Below, piece after piece: positions 1-9,572 of a DNA stretch of 64,000 bases. The stretch covers positions 1-64,000 of the forward strand of contig JAADVB010000049.1 of NCBI GenBank assembly GCA_023334545.1, given 5' to 3'. The notes beneath the pieces were generated by a model. That model ran no database searches. It had not been told where the DNA came from and saw only the letters and a list, made by a program, of their open reading frames with translations. The position numbers and the translations under genes were made by a program. Origin of the DNA: Salisapilia sapeloensis CBS 127946 (Eukaryota > Protista > Oomycota). The stretch's first letter is position 1. Each line of letters opens with the position of its first letter.

Positions 1-75
1 ACTCGATCTGTGTTCAAAGTTAACTCAAGTAATACAATTCATAAATATACCGTATCCATCGAAGACGCAATCGTG

Positions 76-612
76 CTAGTTGGTCGCCTCCACGTAGCCC
101 AGGCTTCGAAGGGCGTACAGGAAGGCTTCGTCGTTGGAATCTAGATCCGATCCTAGGACGGCTGCTTCGGCCACATGGGTGTCGCTGGCTTGGACAGTTC
201 CATCGAAGTTCAGAAGAGCTCGAAGCACGATGTCGAAGCGGTCGAGGTTGTCCAGCGCGCAGTCTTGGACACCATGGTGATAGAGGCTCGGATAAGTCGC
301 AATAAAAGGGCATTTACCCACCTCATGGCATGCGCAGGTTCCTTGGTACTGGTTTAAACTTGGAAGGTCGTTGCTGATAAGGATCACAGGTGCTTGGATC
401 TCTTCAGGAGCATCGGTCTGTAGCTCTTCGTGGTTGGCTAGCTCGGCATCTTCGAGAGTAATCGGGGTTGCCAGAGATTCGTCGGCCTCGGTCTGGATCG
501 AGGCGTCATTCTCTGGAGCCGTGTTCATTGCTTGAATGCGGCCCTTGATGCACGGGATGGCCGAGATGAGCGCACCAATGCTGGTGCCGATGATGACTTC
601 AAGAATGATCAT
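76..612 (-). CDS. Hypothetical protein (~178 aa) with an N-terminal hydrophobic anchor
   Basis: Open frame. The likely ATG is at 612 (MIILEVIIGTSIGALISAIP), ~40 nt downstream of an INR/FPR-like motif. No family recognised. Confidence 0.55.
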   Translation of the reverse strand: MIILEVIIGTSIGALISAIPCIKGRIQAMNTAPENDASIQTEADESLATPITLEDAELANHEELQTDAPEEIQAPVILISNDLPSLNQYQGTCACHEVGKCPFIATYPSLYHHGVQDCALDNLDRFDIVLRALLNFDGTVQASDTHVAEAAVLGSDLDSNDEAFLYALRSLGYVEATN

Positions 613-651
613 TTTGTGGCGGTTCGTGAGGTCACTTGCGGGCTTTGTCGC

Positions 652-666
652 AAAATGGGGAATGAG
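652..666 (-). promoter_or_regulatory. Oomycete INR/FPR core promoter element
   Basis: The minus strand reads CTCATTCCCCATTTT, matching the oomycete TCATTYBNNNWTTY consensus, just upstream of the ATG at 612. Confidence 0.6.
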
Positions 667-1040
667 AGCTGAAGAACAATGAATAAAGACGACAGATTGA
701 GACAAAAGGTTCTTGAATTCATTTTATCGCGGTCTCTCGCGGCCTAGCTGTCCGATGGATGGGTCTTGACTACATCTTGGTCCTAGGTTTCCACTGCATT
801 TTTGCAAGACACAGGTTAAAATCGCCCAAATGTTTATATTAATATGATATATCAGTGTCGCACACAGCGAGAGAAATGGTAATCGACACTCTGGAGGTGA
901 ACTTTACGAGGCTACATGACTATACGACAACTGTATAGACTAGCTACATGCATACTACTCGGTACTTTATATATTTGCTAGAAGACATGAATGTAAAGAG
1001 AATATATATGCGTTTTCATAGATGTCTATTGCCTTTCTAC

Positions 1041-1912
1041 CTACGCCGCCTTGCGGCAGTCTTGCTTATGTGTCTTCCAGTGACTCTTCTGGCATGCTAC
1101 GCTGCAGTAGTACTCGTTCTTGCATCGGGCGCACCGAGAGACACCTGGTGCAGAGCAGTTGGGTGCAGCACAGACACGTTGCGTGGTCGTCTGCGGCGAT
1201 GCGGAAGGTTTCGGCAGCGAAACAGGCTTGGATGCGCTCGACGTGCCGGCCTTGGACTGCTCCTGCGCTGTCTTGACCCACTCAGCCTCCATGGAAACCT
1301 CCGACAAGTTAAAGTCGAGTCGGTCAAAGGCGTCATCTACATGCACACAAGTCAGAACCACTTCATAGTCGCTATTGCTCGCATCAATTCCACTGTACCA
1401 TCGTCATGGACGCGAGCGATGAAGGCGTCGCCACGGACTTCAAGCATCTTGCCGCAGCCTTGGGCGATTGCAGACGCTCGTTGATTGGACGGAAGACCCT
1501 TAGACGTGCCTTTATCATCGACATACATGTTCACGCCAATGTATCCGACGTCCTTGGAGTTGATCTGGAGCGGGATCGAGTCCACAAGACTCTCCATCTA
1601 CACATCATCAGTCCATACGATCGAATGCACTATCACAAGACGCATGCATCATACCTGTAGCATCATCTGTAGCATTTGATCGTTCATCTGCGCACCCTTG
1701 GGCATTTGGCTCATGAGCTGCTGCTTGAAAATCTCCTGCTGTTCATCACTGCTCTTATCTCCCTTGGAGTGCTCCGCAAAGTGCTTTCGAAGACGATCCG
1801 TAAGGCAACCAAGCTGCGCCTCCTTGTCTTCTGGCAATGGCAATTTCCATTCTTCCAATGGTTTCTGCGTGTCCGTCGGTACGTACACGATCGAGTACTC
1901 GTTCCTAGCCAT
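1041..1912 (-). CDS. MYND zinc-finger protein (3 exons)
   Basis: C-terminal CAAPNC...CARC..YYCSVACQKSHWKTHKQDC is a MYND finger. GT-AG intron at 1654-1598 and a second near 1393-1335 join the exons in frame. ATG at 1912. Confidence 0.85.
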
Positions 1913-2001
1913 CTTGTCCACTGATCCGAAAGTGAAAATGACTTGATTTGACTATACATGACGGGACCAACGAAGAACTATTTCGGACAAATCCTTCCGA
2001 C

Positions 2002-5000
2002 ATGACGTACAACTACGTTGCGACAGCGCAGAAGCCGACGGCCGTGACGCATTCGCTCACAGCTAACTTTACAGGACCGGATGACCATAACTTGATCTTG
2101 GCCAAGGGCACGCACATTGAGGTCCACGTACTCACGTCCGATGGCCTCTTCCCACAGCATGATATCGATCTCTATGGCCGTATTGCGCTCTGTGAAGTCT
2201 TTCGTGCACCCAAGATGCACCAGGATTGGATCTTCCTAGTCACCCAGCGGTTCCAATTCACCGTTCTGTCGTATGATGCTGCTTCAGGGAGAGTCGTGAC
2301 GCAGGCGCAGGGTAGTCTTCGTGATGCCGTCGGACGTACGAGCGAGATCGTCACGAGTGGGAACGTGGATCCGAAAGGAAGGTTGCTCGGATTAAATCTA
2401 TACGAAGGCTACTTTAAAATCATCCCGATCGACCAGACGAAAGGAACGCTGAGAGATGCGTTTAACGTCCGGATGGACGAACTCCGGGTGATCGACGTCA
2501 AGTTCCTCGATGGGTATGACCAACCAACGATCTGTGTCTTGTATGAAGACTACAAGGGTGCTCGCCATGTGAAAACGTATACTGTCATGTTAACGCAAAA
2601 GAGTCTGGTGGAAGGACCGTGGAGTCAGAACAATGTCGACGCAGGAGCGAGTCTTTTGGTGCCTGTGCCTTCCCCCACCGGTGGCGTTCTCATCATATCC
2701 GCCCAGTCCGTCGTCTACCAGAATGAAAAGCTTCGATATGCCATCCCGATCCAAGACACGGTAATCCAGGTCTACGGCGCAGTCGACCGCGACGGCTCGC
2801 GCTTCCTCCTAGCAGATCAATATGGAACCTTGTACGTCGTTGCGCTCCAGCGAGACCAGCAGCACGCAGTGAGTGACATCCATCTCGAAGTTCTAGGCCA
2901 GACGAGTATCGCGTCCTGCCTTTCATACCTGGACAATGGCGTCGTCTTCGTCGGTAGCACTCTCGGTGACTCTCAGCTGATCAATCTCAAGGAAGAACGA
3001 GATGAATCTGGATCGTACATTGAGATCCTAGACACGTACACGAACATAGGTCCGATCGTAGACTTTTGCGTCATGGATTTAGATCGACAGGGACAAGGAC
3101 AGATCGTTACGTGCAGTGGTGGCGATAAAGATGGTTCTCTTCGTGTTATTCGCAATGGTATTGGCATTAATGAACAAGCAGTGGCCGAGGTGCCTGGTAT
3201 CAAAGGCATGTGGGCTCTCCGCGACCGCTTTGACGACGCGAACGACGCGTATCTCGTCCAGAGCTACGTCAGTGAACTTCGTATCCTTGCCATGGCAAGT
3301 GAAGACGAGATGGAGGAGAAGGAGATCGAGGCCTTTGTCAACTCCAAGACGCTCTGCTGTGCGAATCTGCTTGGCGACGGATGGCTGCAAGTGACGGAGC
3401 GTGAGATCCGAGTCGTCAATGGCGCCACGCAGTCTCTCGTCTCCTCCTGGACGTCTCCAGGTGACTCTCGTATCACCGTCGCATCTGCGAATCCCAGCCA
3501 GATCGTCATTGGAACATCCGACGGTGTTCTCGTCTACTTGGAAGTAAAGGACGGTCTGCAAGTAGAAGAGAAGGCGCAGGTCAAGTTGGATTATGAGATC
3601 GCTTGTATCGATTTAACTCCTTTAGAGCAAAACTCCACAAGCGACGGACAAGATAGCAAGATGGACGGATCTATCCGACGACCTACGAGCAGTCCGATCT
3701 GCGTCGTCGGTCTCTGGACGAACTTTTCCGTTTGCATCTTCCAGCTGCCGACGCTACGTGAACTCACGAACGAACCTCTCGGGAATGAACTCTTGCCTCG
3801 ATCCGTCCTGTGCAACTCTTTCGAAGGAGAAGACTATTTGCTAGTCGGTCTCGGTGACGGCAGTCTCATGAACTTCCACCTAGATACGGAACACGGGACC
3901 TTGAGCAAACGAAAGCGTGTGTCGCTAGGCTCACAGCCGATTTCCCTCGCGACATTCCGATCGAAAGATATGACGCACGTGTTTGCTGCCTGCGATCGAC
4001 CGACTGTCGTGTACTCTAGCAACAAGAAGCTGCTGTACTCGAACGTCAACACGAAAGAGGTGAATGTCATGTGTGCATTCGACTCCGCCTCCTCCCCCGA
4101 ATGCCTAGCCCTCGCATCGGAAGAAGAACTGACGATCGGCACAGTCGACGACATCCAGAAACTCCACATCCAGACGTTCCCTCTAAACGAATGGGCACGT
4201 CGGATTTCCCACAGTCCATCGACACATACTCTCGGTGTCGTCACAGTCAACTTCTCTCAAGGCAACAGCAGCGACAGTCAGGAGAAGGCTTACGTACGTC
4301 TCTTCGACGACCAGACGTTTGAACTCTTGAACTCGTTTGCTCTGGATGACTTTGAAACGCCATGGTCGATCATCCAATGCTCCTTTGCGGACGATCCATC
4401 GAGTGAATCCTACTTTGTCATCGGAACGGCATACGTGCATCAGGAAGAAGCCGAGCCACACCAAGGACGTATCCTCGTCTTCTCCGTCGTCGGCATCCAT
4501 GGCGACCGGAAGCTGCAACTAGTGTCGGAACATCAGGTCAAGGGCGCAGTCTACTGCTTGACTGCGTTCAACGGAAAGCTGCTGGCTGGTGTAAACAGCA
4601 AGGTGGAGCTCTTCCAGTGGAGCGAGACGAGCGAAGGGAGCAAGGAGCTCAAGGTCGAGTGCTCGCATGAAGGACATACACTTGTGCTGTATATGGAGTC
4701 TCATGGAGATTTTATCGCTGTAGGAGATCTCATGAAGTCTATCTCGTTGCTCAATTACAAACCGTCGGATGGATCGATTGAAGAGATCGCTCGAGACTTG
4801 AACTCGAACTGGATGACGGCTGTCGGCATTGTGAATAACGATACGTACATTGGTAGTGAGGTAGAGAATAACTTGTTTACCGTCCAACGAGCGTCGGATG
4901 CCACGACAGATGAAGAGAGGAGTAGACTGGAGACGGTTGGAGAGTACCACATTGGTGAGTTCATCAATCGATTCCGGTACGGCTCGCTCGTCATGCAAAA

Positions 5001-5433
5001 CACGATGGCGCTGTCGTCGACCAACCCGGCGGAAACCTCGGACGTAGCGGCGGAGAACCAAAAGACATTTATCAGTGCCTCCCAGCAGTCCATCCTCTTT
5101 GGTACTGTCAGCGGTATGGTTGGTGTGATCTTGACGATTTCAAAGGACCAGTACCAGCTGCTGCTGCGTATTCAAGGGGCTCTCAACCAAATTGTCCAAG
5201 GCGTCGGCGGTCTCTCGCACAAGGACTGGCGAAAGTTCGAAAACCGCCGATCGGTATCAGAAGCGCGCAACTTTATCGATGGTGACCTCGTGGAAAGCTT
5301 CCTCGATCTAACTCGAGACGACATGGACAAGGTTGTCGGTAGACTGAATAACGATGGTCACTTGGACGACAAGGACCCGTTCACGGTCGAGAGCCTGACA
5401 GCCTTGATCGAAGAGCTAGCGCAACTCCACTAA
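2002..5433 (+). CDS. DDB1: DNA damage-binding protein 1 (CUL4 adaptor)
   Basis: Starts MTYNYVATAQKPTAV like DDB1, has three beta-propeller regions, and ends with the FIDGDLVESFLDL motif. Intronless. True ATG at 2002. Confidence 0.97.
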   Translation: MTYNYVATAQKPTAVTHSLTANFTGPDDHNLILAKGTHIEVHVLTSDGLFPQHDIDLYGRIALCEVFRAPKMHQDWIFLVTQRFQFTVLSYDAASGRVVTQAQGSLRDAVGRTSEIVTSGNVDPKGRLLGLNLYEGYFKIIPIDQTKGTLRDAFNVRMDELRVIDVKFLDGYDQPTICVLYEDYKGARHVKTYTVMLTQKSLVEGPWSQNNVDAGASLLVPVPSPTGGVLIISAQSVVYQNEKLRYAIPIQDTVIQVYGAVDRDGSRFLLADQYGTLYVVALQRDQQHAVSDIHLEVLGQTSIASCLSYLDNGVVFVGSTLGDSQLINLKEERDESGSYIEILDTYTNIGPIVDFCVMDLDRQGQGQIVTCSGGDKDGSLRVIRNGIGINEQAVAEVPGIKGMWALRDRFDDANDAYLVQSYVSELRILAMASEDEMEEKEIEAFVNSKTLCCANLLGDGWLQVTEREIRVVNGATQSLVSSWTSPGDSRITVASANPSQIVIGTSDGVLVYLEVKDGLQVEEKAQVKLDYEIACIDLTPLEQNSTSDGQDSKMDGSIRRPTSSPICVVGLWTNFSVCIFQLPTLRELTNEPLGNELLPRSVLCNSFEGEDYLLVGLGDGSLMNFHLDTEHGTLSKRKRVSLGSQPISLATFRSKDMTHVFAACDRPTVVYSSNKKLLYSNVNTKEVNVMCAFDSASSPECLALASEEELTIGTVDDIQKLHIQTFPLNEWARRISHSPSTHTLGVVTVNFSQGNSSDSQEKAYVRLFDDQTFELLNSFALDDFETPWSIIQCSFADDPSSESYFVIGTAYVHQEEAEPHQGRILVFSVVGIHGDRKLQLVSEHQVKGAVYCLTAFNGKLLAGVNSKVELFQWSETSEGSKELKVECSHEGHTLVLYMESHGDFIAVGDLMKSISLLNYKPSDGSIEEIARDLNSNWMTAVGIVNNDTYIGSEVENNLFTVQRASDATTDEERSRLETVGEYHIGEFINRFRYGSLVMQNTMALSSTNPAETSDVAAENQKTFISASQQSILFGTVSGMVGVILTISKDQYQLLLRIQGALNQIVQGVGGLSHKDWRKFENRRSVSEARNFIDGDLVESFLDLTRDDMDKVVGRLNNDGHLDDKDPFTVESLTALIEELAQLH

Positions 5434-5560
5434 GTAAGCGTAATACAGTCGTCTTCGTACATGGGCATGGCATATAAAACGCATAAAAAGGAATAAAAAT
5501 GAGCATGTAAAACCAAAAAAGTTCATAGTCAGCTTGTTTCCCGACGGCATCGCTCATTAA

Positions 5561-8500
5561 TCAAATGCTCAGTACAGGACTCTCTTTCCCCTCGTTTGTC
5601 GAAACTCCACTTTGCTCCACATTCGATGCAGCTTCGGGTTCATCCTCTGCCACTGCGTGACTCGGCCGCGACAGTCTGAATGTAAAAGCAGCAGCAGCCT
5701 TACCGAGGTTCTCGCTGCCGGATCGGAAGAACGATCGGCTTTGCTCAGACTCCACTTGCGCTGGTTTAATAGGTGGAGATGCACTCGACGAAACTGAAGC
5801 GCACGACTCTGGACTTGCATGCGTTTCTGACGTTCGCTGCGATGTCTCGTCATTATCATCCGTCGAAAGTGTAGATTCCTGTGGTGTCCTCTCGGGAATG
5901 TTGCCGACGCTTTGCAGCGTCTTGCAGCTAGCACTCGAACTGCTGTAGGGACTCCATCGACCATCAAACGAGCAGCCACGAACTCGAAAGACGTATGCAG
6001 TGTTCGGAGACAGGTTTCCGACTTCATACTTTAACGTCTCGCCGTCAACATCGTCCGCAGCTGTCCACCACATGCTTGTCACCCTGTTCTTGGCGCACTG
6101 GACTTGATAAAACTTGTACTGAGCACAAGACTGAAGATCCCACGTCACTGCGATGGACGTTCCAGAAGTCGCAAACACTTCCAAGAGCTGTGGGGCTACA
6201 AGTTGCTGATTGCTTCCACTGCTCTTTGTCGAGGTGTCAGTTGGGCTCAAGTCAGCGTCTGAAGTGCTCGCTCGACTATGGCTCTTAAACATATTTGAGA
6301 ATACGGATCGAGTCAAGCTATCCATCTGCTTGCCACGTATACTTGGTCGACCTGAATCATGAACACTGGTCTCTGGGAGCCGTTCAAGAACGATGGAACC
6401 GTTTGGTGTGTTTTCAAATGCCCACATGCCTCTCAACTCATCCTCGTCTTCATCGTCACCATTCGTCACAGTCGTTTCCACAGTTTCCTCCAAGACTTCA
6501 TCCTCTGCTGCCTTCGCTTCATCATCTTCGATCTTCACAAAGACTTGGTTTGTCCCAGAACGAACGATGCGCTGTGTGCATTTAATCACGCTACCAGGTT
6601 TGAACTGCACATCCAACTTGTCAGCGTCATACGCTGGATGCTTCCGAGCACTAAACGCATGAAGCACACTGTAATAAAACACACCACGTTCATGCAACTC
6701 GGGGCAAACACCAGGCAAGAACACCACTTCACTCGCACCCCCTTCCTCTTTCTCTCTCTCTTCTGCGGTAATTTCTTCATCTGCTTTATCCAACGTTTGC
6801 ATCGGATCACTAGACAAACTGAATGGCCCCCACTTACGTCCATTCCCACATCGCACTCGAAAGACATAAGACTCGTTTGCATCTAAACCAACGACAGTGC
6901 CGTATGTCTTCGAAGTGATACCACTAGCATCAACTTCACGTCTCTCTCGTTTCACAGACGCATTCTGCCACGGATGGAACTTGTTCCCAGAGCGCAAGGC
7001 GTACTGCAGATGATAACGAATCCTGGCCTCGGCAGGTTTCACCCATGTAATGCCGATCGAATGTTGCGTCGCACTGACGAAACGAGGTGCAGGTACAGGC
7101 ACTGCAAGTATATCTGGCCCTTCCATCGCCTTAAGTTTCTCGTGGAAGCGTGGATCCTGGAAGCTCAGGACAAGAGGACGAGGAGTAGTCTTTACGAGCT
7201 CAATGACCTCATTGAACTGCACGCCGCTCACGGATTTCTCATTGACAGCAACTAGAAGGTCTCCCGTAGCAACTTGCTGACTGTCGGATGCCTGGCTATC
7301 AGGGATGATGCTATCGACCATGGCAAAAAACTTTTTGCCGTTACGAGGTCGCTGGAGAAGGAGTCCGAGGGGACCTTCGGTGAACACCACTTCCTTAGAC
7401 ATAATACTCTTCTCCAATGCATCTCGTGTCTTCTTACATATCGTCAGCCACTCTTGCTTTGCACCAGCCTCTTCCGCCGAGTCCACATCCGCAAGTATAC
7501 TGTCGCTAATGCTATCTCCAGATTTTAATGTCGAGCGTCTCGTAGGTGTTGTGACTGCCCTCAGACGCTCTGATAGACCAGACGGAGTGGTGGCAGACGA
7601 CGTTCGACTGGCGCTGAGGTGACTGGGCGTCAGGTCGTGATTCGGTGACATCATGCTGCCAATTCCATCTTCTTCCTCTGTATCATCCGTCGAGTGATGC
7701 ACACCGAGACCCATCATCGACAGCAGTCTCCAACCATTCGCTGCGATCGACTCTCGATGGTAACGTCCAGCGTACACCAGCAGCTTATCTTTCACCGCCT
7801 CATCTTCAGCTGCAATCGCATCCTTCAGTTCTTCAAAGCCACCTGCGAGCATACTGACGTGCTCAAATCCTTTCTGTAGGAACATGAGGACGAGTCGCGT
7901 GACAGAGACGTGCTCTTGGCTGAGACCAGTGACATCCTCCGTCTTGGAAGACGGTCGAGATGGTCGACGATGAGACGAGTCGGACGGACCGATGAAGCAA
8001 AAGTGGCATCCTTTCATGCGCTTCACTGTCTTGAAGACAATAGACAAGGCTTCAGGATTCGCAGCCGCCTCCGGTCCGACGTGGTACGACAGATTCAAGT
8101 GGCACTTGTCATACTCCTCTGCTGATCGACAGTCGAGCAGTACGTAGAACAAGTTGTTTGCTTCTTTACTAGACGCTTCCTCATGCGGTGTCGCTGGTGG
8201 AGAGGCATCCATCATCGGCTGATCACCATCCGCACTGTCGGTTGGTGTACCTGGTGTCGATACCTCTTCCTCGAAGGTTGTCTCATCTTCACTTGCCTCT
8301 TCGAACGCTGGAGCAACGGGTAGACGTGCTCTATCGCAAAGGGTGGACGCAAGTTCATCAGGATGGATGTGCAGGCAAGAGATATTCGTGAGCTGAGCAA
8401 GCAACTTCTCGGACTCGACTCCTTTCGTCATGCTGTTAAAGCACACTGACTCGACGTTGCGTACGAATGAAGACGGAGTGGATCTCGACAACTTCCTCGC

Positions 8501-9433
8501 TTCATTGCAGACTTCCGCCAACTGCTCCTTGGACTCTAACGTCGCGATTTTCGTAAGTACTTGTGGCATCATCGTCGGATCGGACCCAAAGATCTCATCT
8601 CGCTTCATCGAGACAAGGACAAAAGCGACAAAATGTTGGAGAAATGGATTTTGCTCGACGATGAAAAAATCCCATAGCTGGAAGAGCTGGTCGGACGGCA
8701 TGTTCCGAGCAAACAGAGTCATGAAGAGAGGAGTCATATAGAGCTCTGGGATCATTTCATGACGGTCTAAATACCGACAGAGCTTCGGGTCGTGGTACAG
8801 CATGAGCTGTCGAAAGAGCTGCAGTGAGCACTGGAGAGACGTGAACTCGCTGTCTACAAAGACGTGGGGAAGAAAGTGTCCAATGAACGCATGAAATAGT
8901 TCATATATCGAGCCAACAGATAGCTCTTCGCCATACTCTTCCTGCTGTTTCTCCCGTAAAATCATAAAAGGAGCCAGCACTTCATTCATGCCTTGTTTGT
9001 AGTCGACCGACTGGTTTTTACAGTAAAACGTTAGGATCTTATACATCGTCTCGATAGTCTCACTCCGTTGGAAAAGTTCTTCCTGTGAACGTGTACGACC
9101 TGCATCCCCATTGATGACTTTCTGGTTGTCCAAGTCTTCCTTCACGGTAGTAATCTGGGATTCCAAATCCGGCGGAGCTTCCTTCTGTACTCCCAATACA
9201 GCTCTCCACACCTGTGGCCGTAGTTCGTCTGGCACCTTGTCCATGCTGCGTGCGCACTGGGCAAGAACAGCGGCGTTCGGACTGTCCTTCTCAAGTTCCA
9301 TCTGCAGTTGGTGGAATAGCTGGGCCTCCGATGCTTCCATCGACGCAGCTGAGAGGTCGCTTACAAACGATGATTGCATTCGTACTTCATTCTGGTCTGC
9401 CATAGTAGGGGTGATTACTAAATCTGTCTCCAT
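5561..9433 (-). CDS. Rab-GAP TBC + rhodanese + PDZ + FN3 + SH3-like + FN3 multidomain protein
   Basis: TBC fingers INGDAGR and YKQG; rhodanese-like LLDCRSAEEY..CHL and HFCFIG; PDZ GPLGLLL...GDLLVAVN; two FN3 repeats (YVFRVRC, YVFRVRG). ATG probably 9433. Confidence 0.85.
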   Translation of the reverse strand: METDLVITPTMADQNEVRMQSSFVSDLSAASMEASEAQLFHQLQMELEKDSPNAAVLAQCARSMDKVPDELRPQVWRAVLGVQKEAPPDLESQITTVKEDLDNQKVINGDAGRTRSQEELFQRSETIETMYKILTFYCKNQSVDYKQGMNEVLAPFMILREKQQEEYGEELSVGSIYELFHAFIGHFLPHVFVDSEFTSLQCSLQLFRQLMLYHDPKLCRYLDRHEMIPELYMTPLFMTLFARNMPSDQLFQLWDFFIVEQNPFLQHFVAFVLVSMKRDEIFGSDPTMMPQVLTKIATLESKEQLAEVCNEARKLSRSTPSSFVRNVESVCFNSMTKGVESEKLLAQLTNISCLHIHPDELASTLCDRARLPVAPAFEEASEDETTFEEEVSTPGTPTDSADGDQPMMDASPPATPHEEASSKEANNLFYVLLDCRSAEEYDKCHLNLSYHVGPEAAANPEALSIVFKTVKRMKGCHFCFIGPSDSSHRRPSRPSSKTEDVTGLSQEHVSVTRLVLMFLQKGFEHVSMLAGGFEELKDAIAAEDEAVKDKLLVYAGRYHRESIAANGWRLLSMMGLGVHHSTDDTEEEDGIGSMMSPNHDLTPSHLSASRTSSATTPSGLSERLRAVTTPTRRSTLKSGDSISDSILADVDSAEEAGAKQEWLTICKKTRDALEKSIMSKEVVFTEGPLGLLLQRPRNGKKFFAMVDSIIPDSQASDSQQVATGDLLVAVNEKSVSGVQFNEVIELVKTTPRPLVLSFQDPRFHEKLKAMEGPDILAVPVPAPRFVSATQHSIGITWVKPAEARIRYHLQYALRSGNKFHPWQNASVKRERREVDASGITSKTYGTVVGLDANESYVFRVRCGNGRKWGPFSLSSDPMQTLDKADEEITAEEREKEEGGASEVVFLPGVCPELHERGVFYYSVLHAFSARKHPAYDADKLDVQFKPGSVIKCTQRIVRSGTNQVFVKIEDDEAKAAEDEVLEETVETTVTNGDDEDEDELRGMWAFENTPNGSIVLERLPETSVHDSGRPSIRGKQMDSLTRSVFSNMFKSHSRASTSDADLSPTDTSTKSSGSNQQLVAPQLLEVFATSGTSIAVTWDLQSCAQYKFYQVQCAKNRVTSMWWTAADDVDGETLKYEVGNLSPNTAYVFRVRGCSFDGRWSPYSSSSASCKTLQSVGNIPERTPQESTLSTDDNDETSQRTSETHASPESCASVSSSASPPIKPAQVESEQSRSFFRSGSENLGKAAAAFTFRLSRPSHAVAEDEPEAASNVEQSGVSTNEGKESPVLSI

Positions 9434-9572
9434 TGACCGTCGATCAGGCTTCCTTCCCACCCAACTTGCCAACTCAAAAATGAGGTGGCATGTAGCCATC
9501 TTAAAATTCTACCTCTACAAAAAGGCTATACAAACAGAGACAGATAGATCTTCAAGAGGTTTATGATTATAG

